This document shows positions 19,548 to 29,728 of a stretch of 64,000 bases of DNA, one piece after another (the first letter of the stretch is position 1; every line of letters starts with the position of its first letter). The translations under genes were made by a program, and so were the position numbers. Under the pieces are notes generated by a model that searched no databases, had not been told where the DNA came from, and worked only from the letters and a program-made list of their open reading frames with translations. Source of the stretch: an uncultured Gemmatimonadaceae bacterium (GTDB lineage: Bacteria; Gemmatimonadota; Gemmatimonadetes; Gemmatimonadales; Gemmatimonadaceae); assembly GCA_963817955.1 (NCBI GenBank), contig CAWFQK010000004.1, positions 1,504,001 to 1,568,000 of the forward strand. Reading direction: 5' to 3'.

Positions 19548-20716
19548 AAGCCACGTGCTGGATGGGCCCGAAGAACTTGGAAGTCGTGAACGTGCCGGAT
19601 CCGAAAATCCTCAGCCAGAGCGATTGCATCGTTCGGGTCACGTCGACGGCGATCTGCGGCTCGGACCTGCATCTCTACAACGCGTTCATGCCGGGGCTCG
19701 AGCGGGGCGACATCCTCGGCCATGAGTTCATGGGCGAGGTCGTCGAGGTGGGTCGGACCGTCCGGAAACTGCATGTGGGCGACCGCGTGGTCGTGCCATT
19801 CCCGATTGCGTGCGGCCACTGCGCCGCATGCCTGGCGGGACTGACATCCATATGCGAGAATTCCAATCCGAACGCCTACATGACCGAAGAGCTGATGGGC
19901 GCGTCACCCGCCGGCATGTTCGGCTATACGCATCTGCTCGGCGGCTACGCCGGTGGCCAGGCTGAGCTCGCGCGGGTGCCCTTCGCCGACGTCGGACCCC
20001 TCAAAGTGCCGGACGGCCTCACCGACGACCAGGTGCTCTTTCTCTCGGACATCTTGCCGACGGGGTACATGGGCGCGGAGATGTGCAACATCAAGGGCGG
20101 CGACACGATCGCGGTATGGGGGTGCGGCCCCGTCGGCCTGTTCGCCATCGCCAGCGCGTATCTGCTCGGTGCCGAGCGCGTCATTGCCATCGACCGGTTC
20201 CCGTATCGATTGCAGATGGCGCGCGAGCAGCTCGGTGCCGTCACCATCAACTACGAAGAAATCGACAGCGTTCAGGACGTGCTCAAGGATCTCACCGCGG
20301 GCCGCGGACCGGACGCCTGCATCGATGCCGTCGGGATGGAGGGCCATTCGCACGGCCTGGCGTACATGCCGGACCGCGTCAAGCAGATGGTTCGCATGCA
20401 GTCCGATCGCCCGCTTGCGCTCCGCGAAGCAATTCTGTCGTGCGCGAACGGCGGGACCGTGTCGGTGATCGGCGTGTACGGCGGCGCGATCGACAAATTC
20501 CCGATGAACGCCCTGATGAACCGATCGCTCAGTATCCGCACGGGACAGTGCCACGTGCACCGGTACATGCAGCCACTCCTCGACCGAATCGAGAAGGGGG
20601 AGATCGACCCGACCTTCGTCATCACGCATCACATGAAGCTCGACGACGCGGCGCGCGGGTACGCCATTTTCAACGACAAGAAAGACAACTGCGAGAAGGT
20701 CGTCCTGCAGGCATGA
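19544..20716 (+). CDS. Zinc-dependent alcohol dehydrogenase (formaldehyde dehydrogenase-like)
   Basis: 'ICGSDLH', 'GHEFMGEV', structural CxxCxxC, 'GCGPVG'; ATGA overlap with the upstream gene. Confidence 0.9.
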   Translation: MKATCWMGPKNLEVVNVPDPKILSQSDCIVRVTSTAICGSDLHLYNAFMPGLERGDILGHEFMGEVVEVGRTVRKLHVGDRVVVPFPIACGHCAACLAGLTSICENSNPNAYMTEELMGASPAGMFGYTHLLGGYAGGQAELARVPFADVGPLKVPDGLTDDQVLFLSDILPTGYMGAEMCNIKGGDTIAVWGCGPVGLFAIASAYLLGAERVIAIDRFPYRLQMAREQLGAVTINYEEIDSVQDVLKDLTAGRGPDACIDAVGMEGHSHGLAYMPDRVKQMVRMQSDRPLALREAILSCANGGTVSVIGVYGGAIDKFPMNALMNRSLSIRTGQCHVHRYMQPLLDRIEKGEIDPTFVITHHMKLDDAARGYAIFNDKKDNCEKVVLQA

Positions 20717-20764
20717 ACACCGGGCGACTCGACGGCCATGTGGGGACCGCGTTAGTATCCCCAC

Positions 20765-21157
20765 ATGGCCATCCCATCCGTCGTCCGACGCCACCCGCTG
20801 GCGCTCTCGCTCTCCGCGGTGATTCTCCTCCCGATCATCGTCTTCACCCTCTGGGCGTTCGTCACCCTGCACTACACCTATTCGAGTGGCGACCGCGCCG
20901 GGTACCTGCTGAAGATCTCAAAGCGGGGATGGCTCTGCAAAACCTGGGAAGGCGAGTTGCAGACGACGGCAATCCCCGGTGCGGCGCCGGAGAAGTTCAT
21001 CTTCACCACGCGCGACGATCAGGTGGCCGCGGAGCTCAACCGATTGATCGGCCAGCAGGTGGTGCTGAACTACGCGCAGCACAAGGGCGTGCCCAGCACC
21101 TGTTTCGGCGACACAGAGTATTTCATTACTGCCGCCCGTGTAGTCCCAAGCCGGTAA
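20765..21157 (+). CDS. Conserved hypothetical membrane-anchored protein
   Basis: TM helix then 'YSSGDRAGYLLKISKRGWLCKTWEGEL...GDTEYF'. Confidence 0.75.
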   Translation: MAIPSVVRRHPLALSLSAVILLPIIVFTLWAFVTLHYTYSSGDRAGYLLKISKRGWLCKTWEGELQTTAIPGAAPEKFIFTTRDDQVAAELNRLIGQQVVLNYAQHKGVPSTCFGDTEYFITAARVVPSR

Positions 21158-21164
21158 CGCGCCT

Positions 21165-22265
21165 TCAGCCGTGGTCGCCGTCGCGTAACTGCTCGAACCG
21201 CTCGTTCACGCTGGCGGGGATCGTGAGGTTGTCGGCGATGCCGGCGATCTCCTCCGCGTCGCGCCACGCCGCCTCGAGTTGCGCCAGCTCGCCCTGCATC
21301 GCGGCGCGCTCGGTCTCCTCATGAAGCGCCATTTCCAGGGCCAAGCGCTGCACCGAATTCAGCGCGAACAGGCCGGTGGTCCAGTCATGGTTCTGGAACC
21401 CGGTCCTGCGGCCGATTTGGACTCCTCCCCACCCCAGGAACCCGACCCCCGACATGCCACGTGACCGCTTTTCGCGCGGTCTGGTCGTGACCGCCGCGAC
21501 GTGCGAGAGTCGCTCGAGGTAGGCCTCCGGGCTGCCTGCTTGTTCGATCGCGCCGACCGCGCTCGCGATGTCCTGCTTCGACCCGCCAAAACGATTTGCG
21601 GCCGGTATGACGCGCGACGCGACGTACAGCGCCTGCGGTCCTTCGAACAGCGCACTGCCGTTCTTGTATCGAAGGCGAATGGCTAGCGGGGCACCGGCGG
21701 CGGATTCGATGGACGTTTCCAGGAGATGCCGGCGACGAACGGCGAGCATCTCACCATTCGGACTCTTGATTGTGGCGACCACGGATTCTGGACTGCCGCG
21801 GATGATGCTCTTGCCGGCACGCTTAATGAGCCAGGCAATGCTGCCGATTCCCACGCCCGCCGTCGCCCCGCCAATGAGCACGGCGCCGAGCGCGCCGAGG
21901 CCGGCACCGGCAATGAGTATCTGCCGCTTGCGGCGACGACCAAACTGGTCGCCGTAGCGCCATGCAGCGAATTCCGGCCGCATGGGCTCGCCAATGCGGA
22001 CGATCGTCGTTCCGTCGCGCAGCTTGGCGAGCCCGATGTTATCGGTGGCAACGCGCCGCCTGGTGTCGCGGTACAGGCGCTCCGCATGCTCAATGGCTTC
22101 CCAGCGTTCGTCGAGCGGCGAGAGGTTCCATCGCTCGCAATGCGGGCACACGACCCACAACCGGCCCTTCGCGGCATCGAACGCCAAGCGCCGTCCCACC
22201 GAAAACGTCTCGAAGGTCTCGTTCCGGCCAAGATCCTTGTTGCAGAACAGACAACGGGAATACAT
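21165..22265 (-). CDS. Hypothetical protein with N-terminal Zn-ribbon and membrane hairpin
   Basis: CLFC...CPHC; hydrophobic Gly-rich segment; helical C-terminus. Confidence 0.75.
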   Translation of the reverse strand: MYSRCLFCNKDLGRNETFETFSVGRRLAFDAAKGRLWVVCPHCERWNLSPLDERWEAIEHAERLYRDTRRRVATDNIGLAKLRDGTTIVRIGEPMRPEFAAWRYGDQFGRRRKRQILIAGAGLGALGAVLIGGATAGVGIGSIAWLIKRAGKSIIRGSPESVVATIKSPNGEMLAVRRRHLLETSIESAAGAPLAIRLRYKNGSALFEGPQALYVASRVIPAANRFGGSKQDIASAVGAIEQAGSPEAYLERLSHVAAVTTRPREKRSRGMSGVGFLGWGGVQIGRRTGFQNHDWTTGLFALNSVQRLALEMALHEETERAAMQGELAQLEAAWRDAEEIAGIADNLTIPASVNERFEQLRDGDHG

Positions 22266-22336
22266 CAGCGCTCGAACGGGTCAGGGTGCGTCCATTCGAA
22301 GCTAGCGAGTGTTCATCCCGAAACACCGTAGTTGCG

Positions 22337-22372
22337 AGAAGCCGCCCCGGAGCGCAATCCGAGGCGGCTTCT
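22337..22372 (-). terminator. Hairpin terminator
   Basis: agaagccgcc.cgga/tccg.ggcggcttct stem downstream of the TonB receptor. Confidence 0.6.
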
Positions 22373-22462
22373 GAAAGACATTATCGGGCGCGGGCCGCCC
22401 TGTCGGCGATTGGCGAGTCTTTCCCTCGCACGATTCCTCCGGAGTCGCCCGATCGCACCAGC

Positions 22463-24817
22463 TCACATGATCGCCACCGACACGTTCGCGCTCACGTAGT
22501 ACCGCGCCTTGTACGTGCCGGGAAGAATGTATCCATCACCCGTCCCGCCATCGGGCCCTTGCGCCAGGCCTTTGTAGTTCGGCCCGACGAACAAGAAGGT
22601 GTAGTACGTCGCGTTCGTGAGATTGTCGCCGCCGGCCGCGAGATCGAGACGATAGCGGCGGTCGACGGTCGTGCGATAGCCGAGCTTCGCGCTCAACAGG
22701 CTGTAGGAGTGCATGAAGGTCGAATTGTCGAATGTCACGGGCACGCGACCGACGAACTGATACGTACTCGCGAGATACAGCCCGGCACTCGTCGACGCGT
22801 CGATGCCCGCCGCCGTTATGGTGCGCGGCACACGCGCCGCCTGGTTGCCCGAGAAGTCCACCGTCGCCGCGGTGTTGTTGTTGTCACTCTTGAACACCAC
22901 GTACTTGGCGTCGGTGTACGTGTACGACAGCCACGGTCGCACGAGCGAAATCATGCTCGTGGGGCTCGAGACCAACGCGTAACTCGCTGAAACCTCGGCG
23001 CCCTTGTTCCGCTGCTCGCCGATGTTCGTCGTCGACGTGATCGTGGCGACCGTCTGCGTCGTCAACTTGTTCTTGTTGTCGAGATCGAACAGCGCGATCT
23101 GCCCGCTCAGGCGCTGATCGAGCGCGCTGCCCTGGACGCCAGCCTCGTACTGCACCGCCCGCTCGGGCTTGAGCCCGAAGTTGATCGAGTTGTCGCTCGC
23201 GATGACGTTCGCGAGGAGGGGCGGCGTATAGCCAGTGCTCGCCGACGCGTACACCGAGCCATGCGAGCCGAACCCCTTCTCGATCTGAATGCGCGGCGCG
23301 AGCACCGTCGGAAACGTCCGCGTCTGCGTCGCGGTCGTGTCGAAGAGCTGGCCGCTCTTGAGCATGTTGTGCACCGAGAACGTGTTGCGAATGAGATCGG
23401 CGCCGGCCGTGATGGTGACGCTCGCCGGCAGCGTGACATCCCACTCGGTGAACAGGTAGCTGTTGACCGCGTAGTTCTGCGTGGCACTCGGCCGCTCCGG
23501 GAACGGCGGCGCGGGGACGATGAACACTCCGTTGCTCGTCACCTGCGAGCGCTGCGTTTGCGCGCCGAGCCGCCCGGCCACATCGAATCCGCCAAGCTGG
23601 CCCGAATAGGCGAACGAAGTGCGCGCGCCGAGGTTGAACTGCGTGGCATCGGTGAACCCGTGCGCGAACGGCTGGTTGCTGAACCGGCCACTGCCGAACA
23701 CCGACGTCTGGTTCGTGAACCGGTCGCTGATGTGATAGGTGTCGGTCACGCCCGTGAAGAAACTGGTGAGCTGGATGTGTGAGTCGTTCGCCAGATAGTT
23801 CGCGTCACTGACCGGCCGCCGCGCATAGAAGTCGACGCTGTCGATCTCACCCGCGAGTTCTTCGTACGAGCGGTTGTAGGTGAAGAACGCGCCAATCGCC
23901 TGATCAGCGCCGACCGCAAAGTCACCATTTGCGCGAACGTAGTCCTTGCGCGAGTTGCTGTGCGGGCGGAACGAATTGTCGCGCTGGTTGCCGTAGTTGA
24001 CGATGAAATTCGACGTGGCACTGGCACGCTGAACGCTCGTGTTGCTGCGGAACAGCCCGTCGCCGCCGCCGAGTACTTCCTGGCGCACGCTCGTCTGGTT
24101 CGGCGTGGGGCGGGCCAGCGTGAAGTTCACGGTGCCGCCGATGGGACTTCCGTACATGCTCGACGCGGGCCCCTTGATAATGTCGGTGGTTCCGAGGCTC
24201 GAGTAGTCGACATCATCGAGCGTAGTCACGCCGCTCGCGTCGGTGATCGGGATGTGATTGAGGAAGACGGTGTAGCCCTGGCCGTTCGAGTTCGGGCTAT
24301 TGCCGCCCGTCGTTGGGTAGTAGCCGCGGATGGTGATGTGCGCGCCGCCGAACGGCGTACGCGATTGCATGAAGACGCCTGGCACCGTGTTGATCGCACT
24401 CTGGAGGTCGAGACCGTTAAAGCGATCGAGATCCGAGCGCGTGACTTTCGCGGTCGAGGGCGCGGGCGTTTGAGCGACGACTTGCAGGCCCGGCAGCTCG
24501 ACGGTCGATGGCGTGAGCGAAATGCGAAGCGGTGCGCCACCTGGCGGCACGGCGACGCTCAGCGGCACGTACCCAACGCGGCTCACGGTGAGCGTCGTGA
24601 TCGGCCGCGCGGAAGTGAGCGAGAACGTGCCGGAATCGGACGTCGTGGCCGCAAGCGCGCCCGCGGGGACGCGCACGATCGCGCCGGCGACGGGCGTCCC
24701 GGACTGTTGATCGACGACGGTGCCGCGCACGACGACTTGCGCGTGAAGCGAGAGCGGCGCCAGGGGAAGGAGGAGGAGGAGGAGGACGAACCAACGAAGG
24801 CGTCTCAGATGGGCCAT
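22463..24817 (-). CDS. TonB-dependent receptor
   Basis: Signal peptide, N-terminal carboxypeptidase-like domain, plug ('IIKGPASSMYG'), 'LKPERAVQYEAG', 'DNLTNATY'. Confidence 0.9.
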   Translation of the reverse strand: MAHLRRLRWFVLLLLLLPLAPLSLHAQVVVRGTVVDQQSGTPVAGAIVRVPAGALAATTSDSGTFSLTSARPITTLTVSRVGYVPLSVAVPPGGAPLRISLTPSTVELPGLQVVAQTPAPSTAKVTRSDLDRFNGLDLQSAINTVPGVFMQSRTPFGGAHITIRGYYPTTGGNSPNSNGQGYTVFLNHIPITDASGVTTLDDVDYSSLGTTDIIKGPASSMYGSPIGGTVNFTLARPTPNQTSVRQEVLGGGDGLFRSNTSVQRASATSNFIVNYGNQRDNSFRPHSNSRKDYVRANGDFAVGADQAIGAFFTYNRSYEELAGEIDSVDFYARRPVSDANYLANDSHIQLTSFFTGVTDTYHISDRFTNQTSVFGSGRFSNQPFAHGFTDATQFNLGARTSFAYSGQLGGFDVAGRLGAQTQRSQVTSNGVFIVPAPPFPERPSATQNYAVNSYLFTEWDVTLPASVTITAGADLIRNTFSVHNMLKSGQLFDTTATQTRTFPTVLAPRIQIEKGFGSHGSVYASASTGYTPPLLANVIASDNSINFGLKPERAVQYEAGVQGSALDQRLSGQIALFDLDNKNKLTTQTVATITSTTNIGEQRNKGAEVSASYALVSSPTSMISLVRPWLSYTYTDAKYVVFKSDNNNTAATVDFSGNQAARVPRTITAAGIDASTSAGLYLASTYQFVGRVPVTFDNSTFMHSYSLLSAKLGYRTTVDRRYRLDLAAGGDNLTNATYYTFLFVGPNYKGLAQGPDGGTGDGYILPGTYKARYYVSANVSVAIM

Positions 24818-24854
24818 AAGGACGGAATCCTGCGGGAAGTGGGGCGCGACCGAA

Positions 24855-24871
24855 TCATGAATTTTTCATGA
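24855..24871. promoter_or_regulatory. Palindromic putative operator TCATGAA-N3-TTCATGA
   Basis: Perfect AT-rich 7-3-7 palindrome about 40 bp upstream of the TonB receptor start, next to a two-component pair. Confidence 0.5.
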
Positions 24872-24952
24872 ACTAGGCGAAGCTACCGGACGGTAGCGGT
24901 GGCGGCAAGGGGCGCCAATGTTCGGGGACCGTTGCCCCGGCACGACCGCCGG

Positions 24953-26401
24953 CTACGCAATCGGCAGCGTCAGCCGAAACTCGGTGTGCCCGGCTCGCGA
25001 GTTGACCACCGTGAGCGATCCGCCGTGCGCCTCGGCGATGCGACGCGCGATCGCGAGCCCCAGGCCGACGCCGGTTCCTCGGGCGTCCGTCTGCTCCGGC
25101 TGCGTCGGGGCGTCGCCGGTGAGACGCACGAAACGGTCGAAGATGCGCTCGCGCTCTTCCTCGGGAATTCCCTGCCCGTGGTCGACGATGCCGACGTCGA
25201 CGAACGCATCTCGCCGGCGCATGCCAACTTCTACGACACCACCGTCGGGCGAGTGCTTGATCGCGTTGTCGAGCAGGTTGACCAGCAGCCGGCCGAGGAG
25301 ATCGGCGTCGCCATCCACCGGCGCTTCGACTGCTTCGTACACGTCGACGCGAACGCCGCGCGCATCCGCCAGCGGGCGAACCATGCGCATCGCGTCGTCC
25401 ACCAGCTCCTCGACGTAGACGCGCTCACGCCGTGTCGCGAGGTTCTCGGCGTCCACCCGCGCAAGGGCGAACAGATCGTCGACGATGCGGGTCAGGCGGC
25501 CGGCGGCGTCGCGGATCACCGTGAGCGATGCACGGTATTCGTCCTCGGTCCGATGATGCTGCGCGAGCGTGACGTCGGCCTCGGTGCGGAGAATCGCGGT
25601 CGGCGTGCGCAGCTCGTGCGAAGCATCGGTCATGAATCGCCGCTGCTGCGCGAACGAGTCATCGAGACGCGCGAGCAACTCATTCACGACGCGCGCGAGA
25701 CCGGCCAACTCCTCATCGCCGGAGACGGGGAGCCGCTCGCGCAGATTCGTCGAGGTGATCTCCGCCGCACGCTCCGCCATCGCGGAGACAGGCGCGAGAC
25801 TTCGCGTCGCCATGAAGTATCCGCCGCCGGCGGCCCCGACGACGAGCAACGGGATGACGATCGCCAGCGTGCCGCGAATGCGTCCGAGAATGTCGTCGAT
25901 GTCGGCAACCGAGTACGCGGCGGTCACCTCGAAGGCGTCGCCGGCGAGGGTCACCCGATGCGCGAGGACGCGAAAGGAGCCGCCATGGTCGCGAACGGTG
26001 ATGGCGCTCGTCGCATCCCCGCGCCGCTCGAGCGCGCGACCGATCCACGCGTCGAAGTTGCTTTGCGGGCTGGCGCCGGCCAGATCTTCGCCGGGCGGGA
26101 GCGGCGTCATCGCGACGAGGCGATGCGCGCTATCCAGCACGGCAATATGGAGGTCACGAAAGCGCACCTCCTCGACGGTGGTCCGAATGGCGCGATCGGG
26201 GCGCAGCGTGGCACGGCGCTCGGCGGCCAGCTCGCGCGAAAACGCCGTGAGCGCCTCGTCGATGAACTGGTCCGTGCGCTGCGAGAGCGTGCGCGCGAAC
26301 AGCGCGTAAAAGCCGAATGCAAGCGCGACGAGCGGGATGGAGAGCAGCGCCGTGTACCACGACGTGAGCCGCCAGCGGAGCGTCGATGGCCAGTGAAGCA
26401 C
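24953..26401 (-). CDS. Sensor histidine kinase (HAMP-HisKA-HATPase)
   Basis: 'DASHELRTP', 'NLLDNAIKH', 'DHGQGI', 'GVGLGLAI'; two TM helices. Confidence 0.92.
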   Translation of the reverse strand: MLHWPSTLRWRLTSWYTALLSIPLVALAFGFYALFARTLSQRTDQFIDEALTAFSRELAAERRATLRPDRAIRTTVEEVRFRDLHIAVLDSAHRLVAMTPLPPGEDLAGASPQSNFDAWIGRALERRGDATSAITVRDHGGSFRVLAHRVTLAGDAFEVTAAYSVADIDDILGRIRGTLAIVIPLLVVGAAGGGYFMATRSLAPVSAMAERAAEITSTNLRERLPVSGDEELAGLARVVNELLARLDDSFAQQRRFMTDASHELRTPTAILRTEADVTLAQHHRTEDEYRASLTVIRDAAGRLTRIVDDLFALARVDAENLATRRERVYVEELVDDAMRMVRPLADARGVRVDVYEAVEAPVDGDADLLGRLLVNLLDNAIKHSPDGGVVEVGMRRRDAFVDVGIVDHGQGIPEEERERIFDRFVRLTGDAPTQPEQTDARGTGVGLGLAIARRIAEAHGGSLTVVNSRAGHTEFRLTLPIA

Positions 26402-26410
26402 GAGCGCGAA

Positions 26411-27136
26411 CTACCGGCGGCCGCGCGCCGCGCGTTGGCGCGATGGACGGCCCGGCATTGGGGCCGGCGCCTCGAGCATGAAGCCCATTCCCCGCACCGT
26501 CCGAAACAGCGGTGGCGTGCGGTCGTCTTCATCGATCTTGCGGCGCAGGCGGCCCGCGTACACATCAATGATATTCGAGTACGAGTTCTGGGGATCGTCC
26601 CAGACATGCTGGAGCAGCTCGGCACGGCTGACCACGCGTCCGGCGTTGCGCGCGAGATAGACGAGCAACGCGAATTCCTTGGCGGTCAGCTCGATCTCGC
26701 GGCCACTTCGATGCGCCGCGCGCCGTGCCGTGTCGATCGTGAGATCGCCGACCGTGAGCGTCTCCGGCAATCCATCCAGGCGACGCCGGCTGAGTGCGCG
26801 GAGACGCGCCAACAACTCGCCAAAATCGAACGGCTTGGTGAGGTAATCGTCGGCACCCGCGTCGAGGCCAACGATGCGTTGCTCGACGCCGTCGAGCGCG
26901 GTCAGCATGAGAATCGGCACGCGGTTGCCGGCCGCGCGCACGGCGCGGCAAACGGCCAGCCCGTCGATGTCCGGCAGGCGGAGGTCGAGAATCATCACGT
27001 CGAACGTGCTCGACTTGGCGAGCACAATCGCCTGCTCGCCGTTGGCCGCCTGCTCGACCACATGTGAGGCTTCCCGTAGCCCGCGCGTCATGGACGTGCG
27101 GAGCTGCCGGTCGTCCTCGACAATCAGAATGCGCAT
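26411..27136 (-). CDS. OmpR-family response regulator
   Basis: 'MRILIVEDD', 'LDLRLPDIDG', 'GADDYLTKPF', winged helix 'LTAKEFALL...TVRGMGF'. Confidence 0.93.
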   Translation of the reverse strand: MRILIVEDDRQLRTSMTRGLREASHVVEQAANGEQAIVLAKSSTFDVMILDLRLPDIDGLAVCRAVRAAGNRVPILMLTALDGVEQRIVGLDAGADDYLTKPFDFGELLARLRALSRRRLDGLPETLTVGDLTIDTARRAAHRSGREIELTAKEFALLVYLARNAGRVVSRAELLQHVWDDPQNSYSNIIDVYAGRLRRKIDEDDRTPPLFRTVRGMGFMLEAPAPMPGRPSRQRAARGRR

Positions 27137-27323
27137 GGCGTAAGGATGGCGGGTCGGGATCGGCAGCGCTACCAAGTCCCCGCGAACGTCTCGAAGGACT
27201 TGGTGGACCCTCGGTGGACCCTGCAACATTGTAGTCGAAGTACTGGTCCCAATCCAACTCTGCCGCGAAGAAAGGGGGTTGGGGCCTTTCCGGTGGCGCG
27301 CGGGAACGGCTGTTGCGCTTGGC

Positions 27324-28031
27324 ATGCGCGTCATGCCACCTCCGAAACGCCATCGCCCCGAGCGCACGACCCCGTCCGATTGGCTCCGGCTTGCGATTCC
27401 GTTCATCGGGATCACCGCGTTGCTGCTGCTGGCGTGGCATCTCGGCTACTTCAATCTCGAAAACCCCAACCGGTTGACGGCGGCGGCCGCCGAGGAACGC
27501 CGCACGCCCTGGATCGGGCCGATCTTCGTGGCCGTCCTCGCCGTGAGTGCCGCGCTCGCCGTGCCGATCACACCGCTCGCGTATATCGGTGGTGCGTTGT
27601 TCGGACTGGCGCGCGGCGAGCTATTCGTATGGATCGGTTGCATGCTCGGCGGGACGTCCGGATATTGGCTCGCCCGCAGCGTCTGGGCGTCGCCCGCTCG
27701 AAAGCTCCTCGCGCGGTACCAGGAGACATTCCAAGCCCTGCGCGAGGGCAAGCCGTTTCTGACGACGTTGCGCACGCAACTGACGCCGTTCATGCCCTTT
27801 GGCGCCTTCAACTACGCCGCCGCGGTCACTCGTCTGCCGTTCATCCCGTTCATCATCGGCAGCGCACTCGGCATCATCCCAAACACCACCGCCATCGTCT
27901 TCGTGGGTGATCGCATCATGGCTGGCCTTCACGGCGCCGACAAGACGCCGCTCTGGATCGGCGCCGGCGTCGCAGTTGGGTTGGTCGCGTTGACGTTCGT
28001 GCCGACGGTAATCAAGCGGTTGCGGCGGTAG
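27324..28031 (+). CDS. TVP38/TMEM64 (VTT/DedA) membrane protein
   Basis: 'GGALFG...G.GYWLAR', 'LTPFMPFGAFNYAAA...LGIIP'. Confidence 0.85.
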   Translation: MRVMPPPKRHRPERTTPSDWLRLAIPFIGITALLLLAWHLGYFNLENPNRLTAAAAEERRTPWIGPIFVAVLAVSAALAVPITPLAYIGGALFGLARGELFVWIGCMLGGTSGYWLARSVWASPARKLLARYQETFQALREGKPFLTTLRTQLTPFMPFGAFNYAAAVTRLPFIPFIIGSALGIIPNTTAIVFVGDRIMAGLHGADKTPLWIGAGVAVGLVALTFVPTVIKRLRR

Positions 28032-28032
28032 G

Positions 28033-28250
28033 AGAGACACGGGACACGAGACACGGGACACGGGACACGGGGGTGGGACACGAGACACGGGACACGGGAA
28101 ACTCACAACGCACAACTCACAACTGGAAACTCGAAACTCGCCGACCGGTGGGCCGACCGGTACGGAGCAGCCAGCGACAACCAGCCGGTCGATAGAGATC
28201 CTTCGCTTCGCTCAGGATGACACGCCCTCGCTCAGGATGACAGGCATCGC
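28033..28250 (-). repeat. Composite repeat: (GTGTCYC)n array + terminal-repeat core + REP-like palindrome(s)
   Basis: Reverse complement of 55624-55841 in module order and sequence, including the gggggtgggacac interruption and the caggcatcgc tail. Confidence 0.9.
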
Positions 28251-28255
28251 AGGTG

Positions 28256-28310
28256 GTCAGTTGTCAGTTGTCAGTTGTCAGTTGTCAGTTGTCAGTTGTC
28301 AGTTGTCAGT
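28256..28310 (+). repeat. 7-bp tandem array (GTCAGTT), 7 perfect units plus 1 partial
   Basis: Read directly. Confidence 0.95.
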
Positions 28311-28336
28311 GTACGGGTCATGCGCACCAGGGTGCC

Positions 28337-28405
28337 TGGCTCGCTGGCCACTATCGCCGGTCGGCGAGGTTCGGGTGTCCAGTTGTGAGTTGTGAGTTGT
28401 GAGTT
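28337..28405 (+). repeat. Degenerate copy of the terminal-repeat core with (GTTGTGA)3
   Basis: tcgctggc...ccggtcggcgaggttcgggtgtccagttgtgagttgtgagttgtgag. Confidence 0.65.
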
Positions 28406-28480
28406 TCTAACAACGCACAACGCGTCACTCATCACACACAACCCATCACCATCCACCCTCCCCTCGCCGACGTTCACGCC

Positions 28481-29557
28481 TCACCGAATGCTCGCGCCCA
28501 GAATGATCGGCACGTAGTTCGTCCGCTCAGTCGATGTGAAGATCCGCACGTACCGGGACTCGAGGAAGAGCTCCGTCGAGCCAAAGCCGAATGACACGCC
28601 ACCGCCGGCGTTGGCGCCGAACCGCCAGAGCGATCCGTTGCTCCCGACCGAAGCAACCGGCAACCCATCTGCGTTGAGATTGGTGAAGGGATTCGTCAGA
28701 CCGAACGTCTGCGCGTAGTTGCGCAGGTAGTGCGCATCGACGCCGCCCAACACATAGATCCCTGTCGTCGCGCCGTTGGCGAAGCGGCCCGTGAAGGGCA
28801 GCCGGAGCTTCAGGTCGCCGAGCGCCGACCAGATCTGCGGGTTCTCACTCGTCAACGCCACCACGTTCCCCGTCGGCGTTCCATTTCGGAACGATGAGCG
28901 TGCACTGAAGTTGTTGTATGTCAGATCGAGTCGCAGGCCGAATATGGATGTCGGAGAATCCCAGCCGAGCGGCACGCCGATGTTGACCCCGGTGTTGTAC
29001 GCATCACGAATGGATGACGTAGGCACGGCTGCACCCGCACCGATTCCCACGTAGAAGTTGCCATAGTGCCGTATGACCATCGGCATCGGAGGCGGAGGCG
29101 TCGTCGTCGTTTCCGGCATGACCAGCGCCGTCGTGTCCGGCGCGGGCGCGACAATGGTCGTTTCCGGCCTCGTGATGATCGTGTCCACGATACCGCTCGC
29201 GGTGCCGGTCGTCACGGCCTCCTTGGTGATCGGAATACGCGTGGTGGATGTGGCGTTCAGCTGAGTCGCGTTCATGTGCTTCGTGCTCAGGCGCGTCCTA
29301 CGCGCGTGACGAACGTGATGCTTGGTGGTTCGAGCCTTCGCACAACTCGCCTTCAGTTTGGCCCTATCGCCCGCGCCCATCTTGGCCATGTCGCCCGCGC
29401 TCATCCCGCGCCGGGAGAGGCACGTGGTGTCCCTCATCTGACTCGTCTGTCGGCTAGCCATCTGGCCGCTGGTCTGCTGCGCGCGGGCCAGACTGACGGT
29501 GCAGATCAGCGCGACGACCGTCCCGCTCAGCTGTAGCCCTGTCACTCGCAAATTCAT
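28481..29557 (-). CDS. Outer membrane beta-barrel protein with long low-complexity N-terminal region
   Basis: Signal peptide; basic and Thr/Pro-rich linker; 8-strand barrel pattern 'FYVGIGAGAAVP...FLESRYV...VPIILG'. Confidence 0.75.
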   Translation of the reverse strand: MNLRVTGLQLSGTVVALICTVSLARAQQTSGQMASRQTSQMRDTTCLSRRGMSAGDMAKMGAGDRAKLKASCAKARTTKHHVRHARRTRLSTKHMNATQLNATSTTRIPITKEAVTTGTASGIVDTIITRPETTIVAPAPDTTALVMPETTTTPPPPMPMVIRHYGNFYVGIGAGAAVPTSSIRDAYNTGVNIGVPLGWDSPTSIFGLRLDLTYNNFSARSSFRNGTPTGNVVALTSENPQIWSALGDLKLRLPFTGRFANGATTGIYVLGGVDAHYLRNYAQTFGLTNPFTNLNADGLPVASVGSNGSLWRFGANAGGGVSFGFGSTELFLESRYVRIFTSTERTNYVPIILGASIR

Positions 29558-29728
29558 GATCTCTCCTCTCGCTGCTGTGCTCCAGAATACCGCACGACTA
29601 TCGTGCGCCACGAACACAGCGGAGGAGGCAGGTGACATGCCACACGTTGGCGCGGCGGCGCAAAGGCCGGCGCTAAGAACAATCAGAGCTTACTGATGAG
29701 CCACGCGCGTGCGACCGAGTCCAGTCCG

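Noticed and set aside
24899..27067. Long antisense ORFs (also 29696-31951, 44046-45245, 15583-16869, 60961-62190)
   Set aside because: Shadow ORFs opposite well-supported genes, typical of high-GC DNA.
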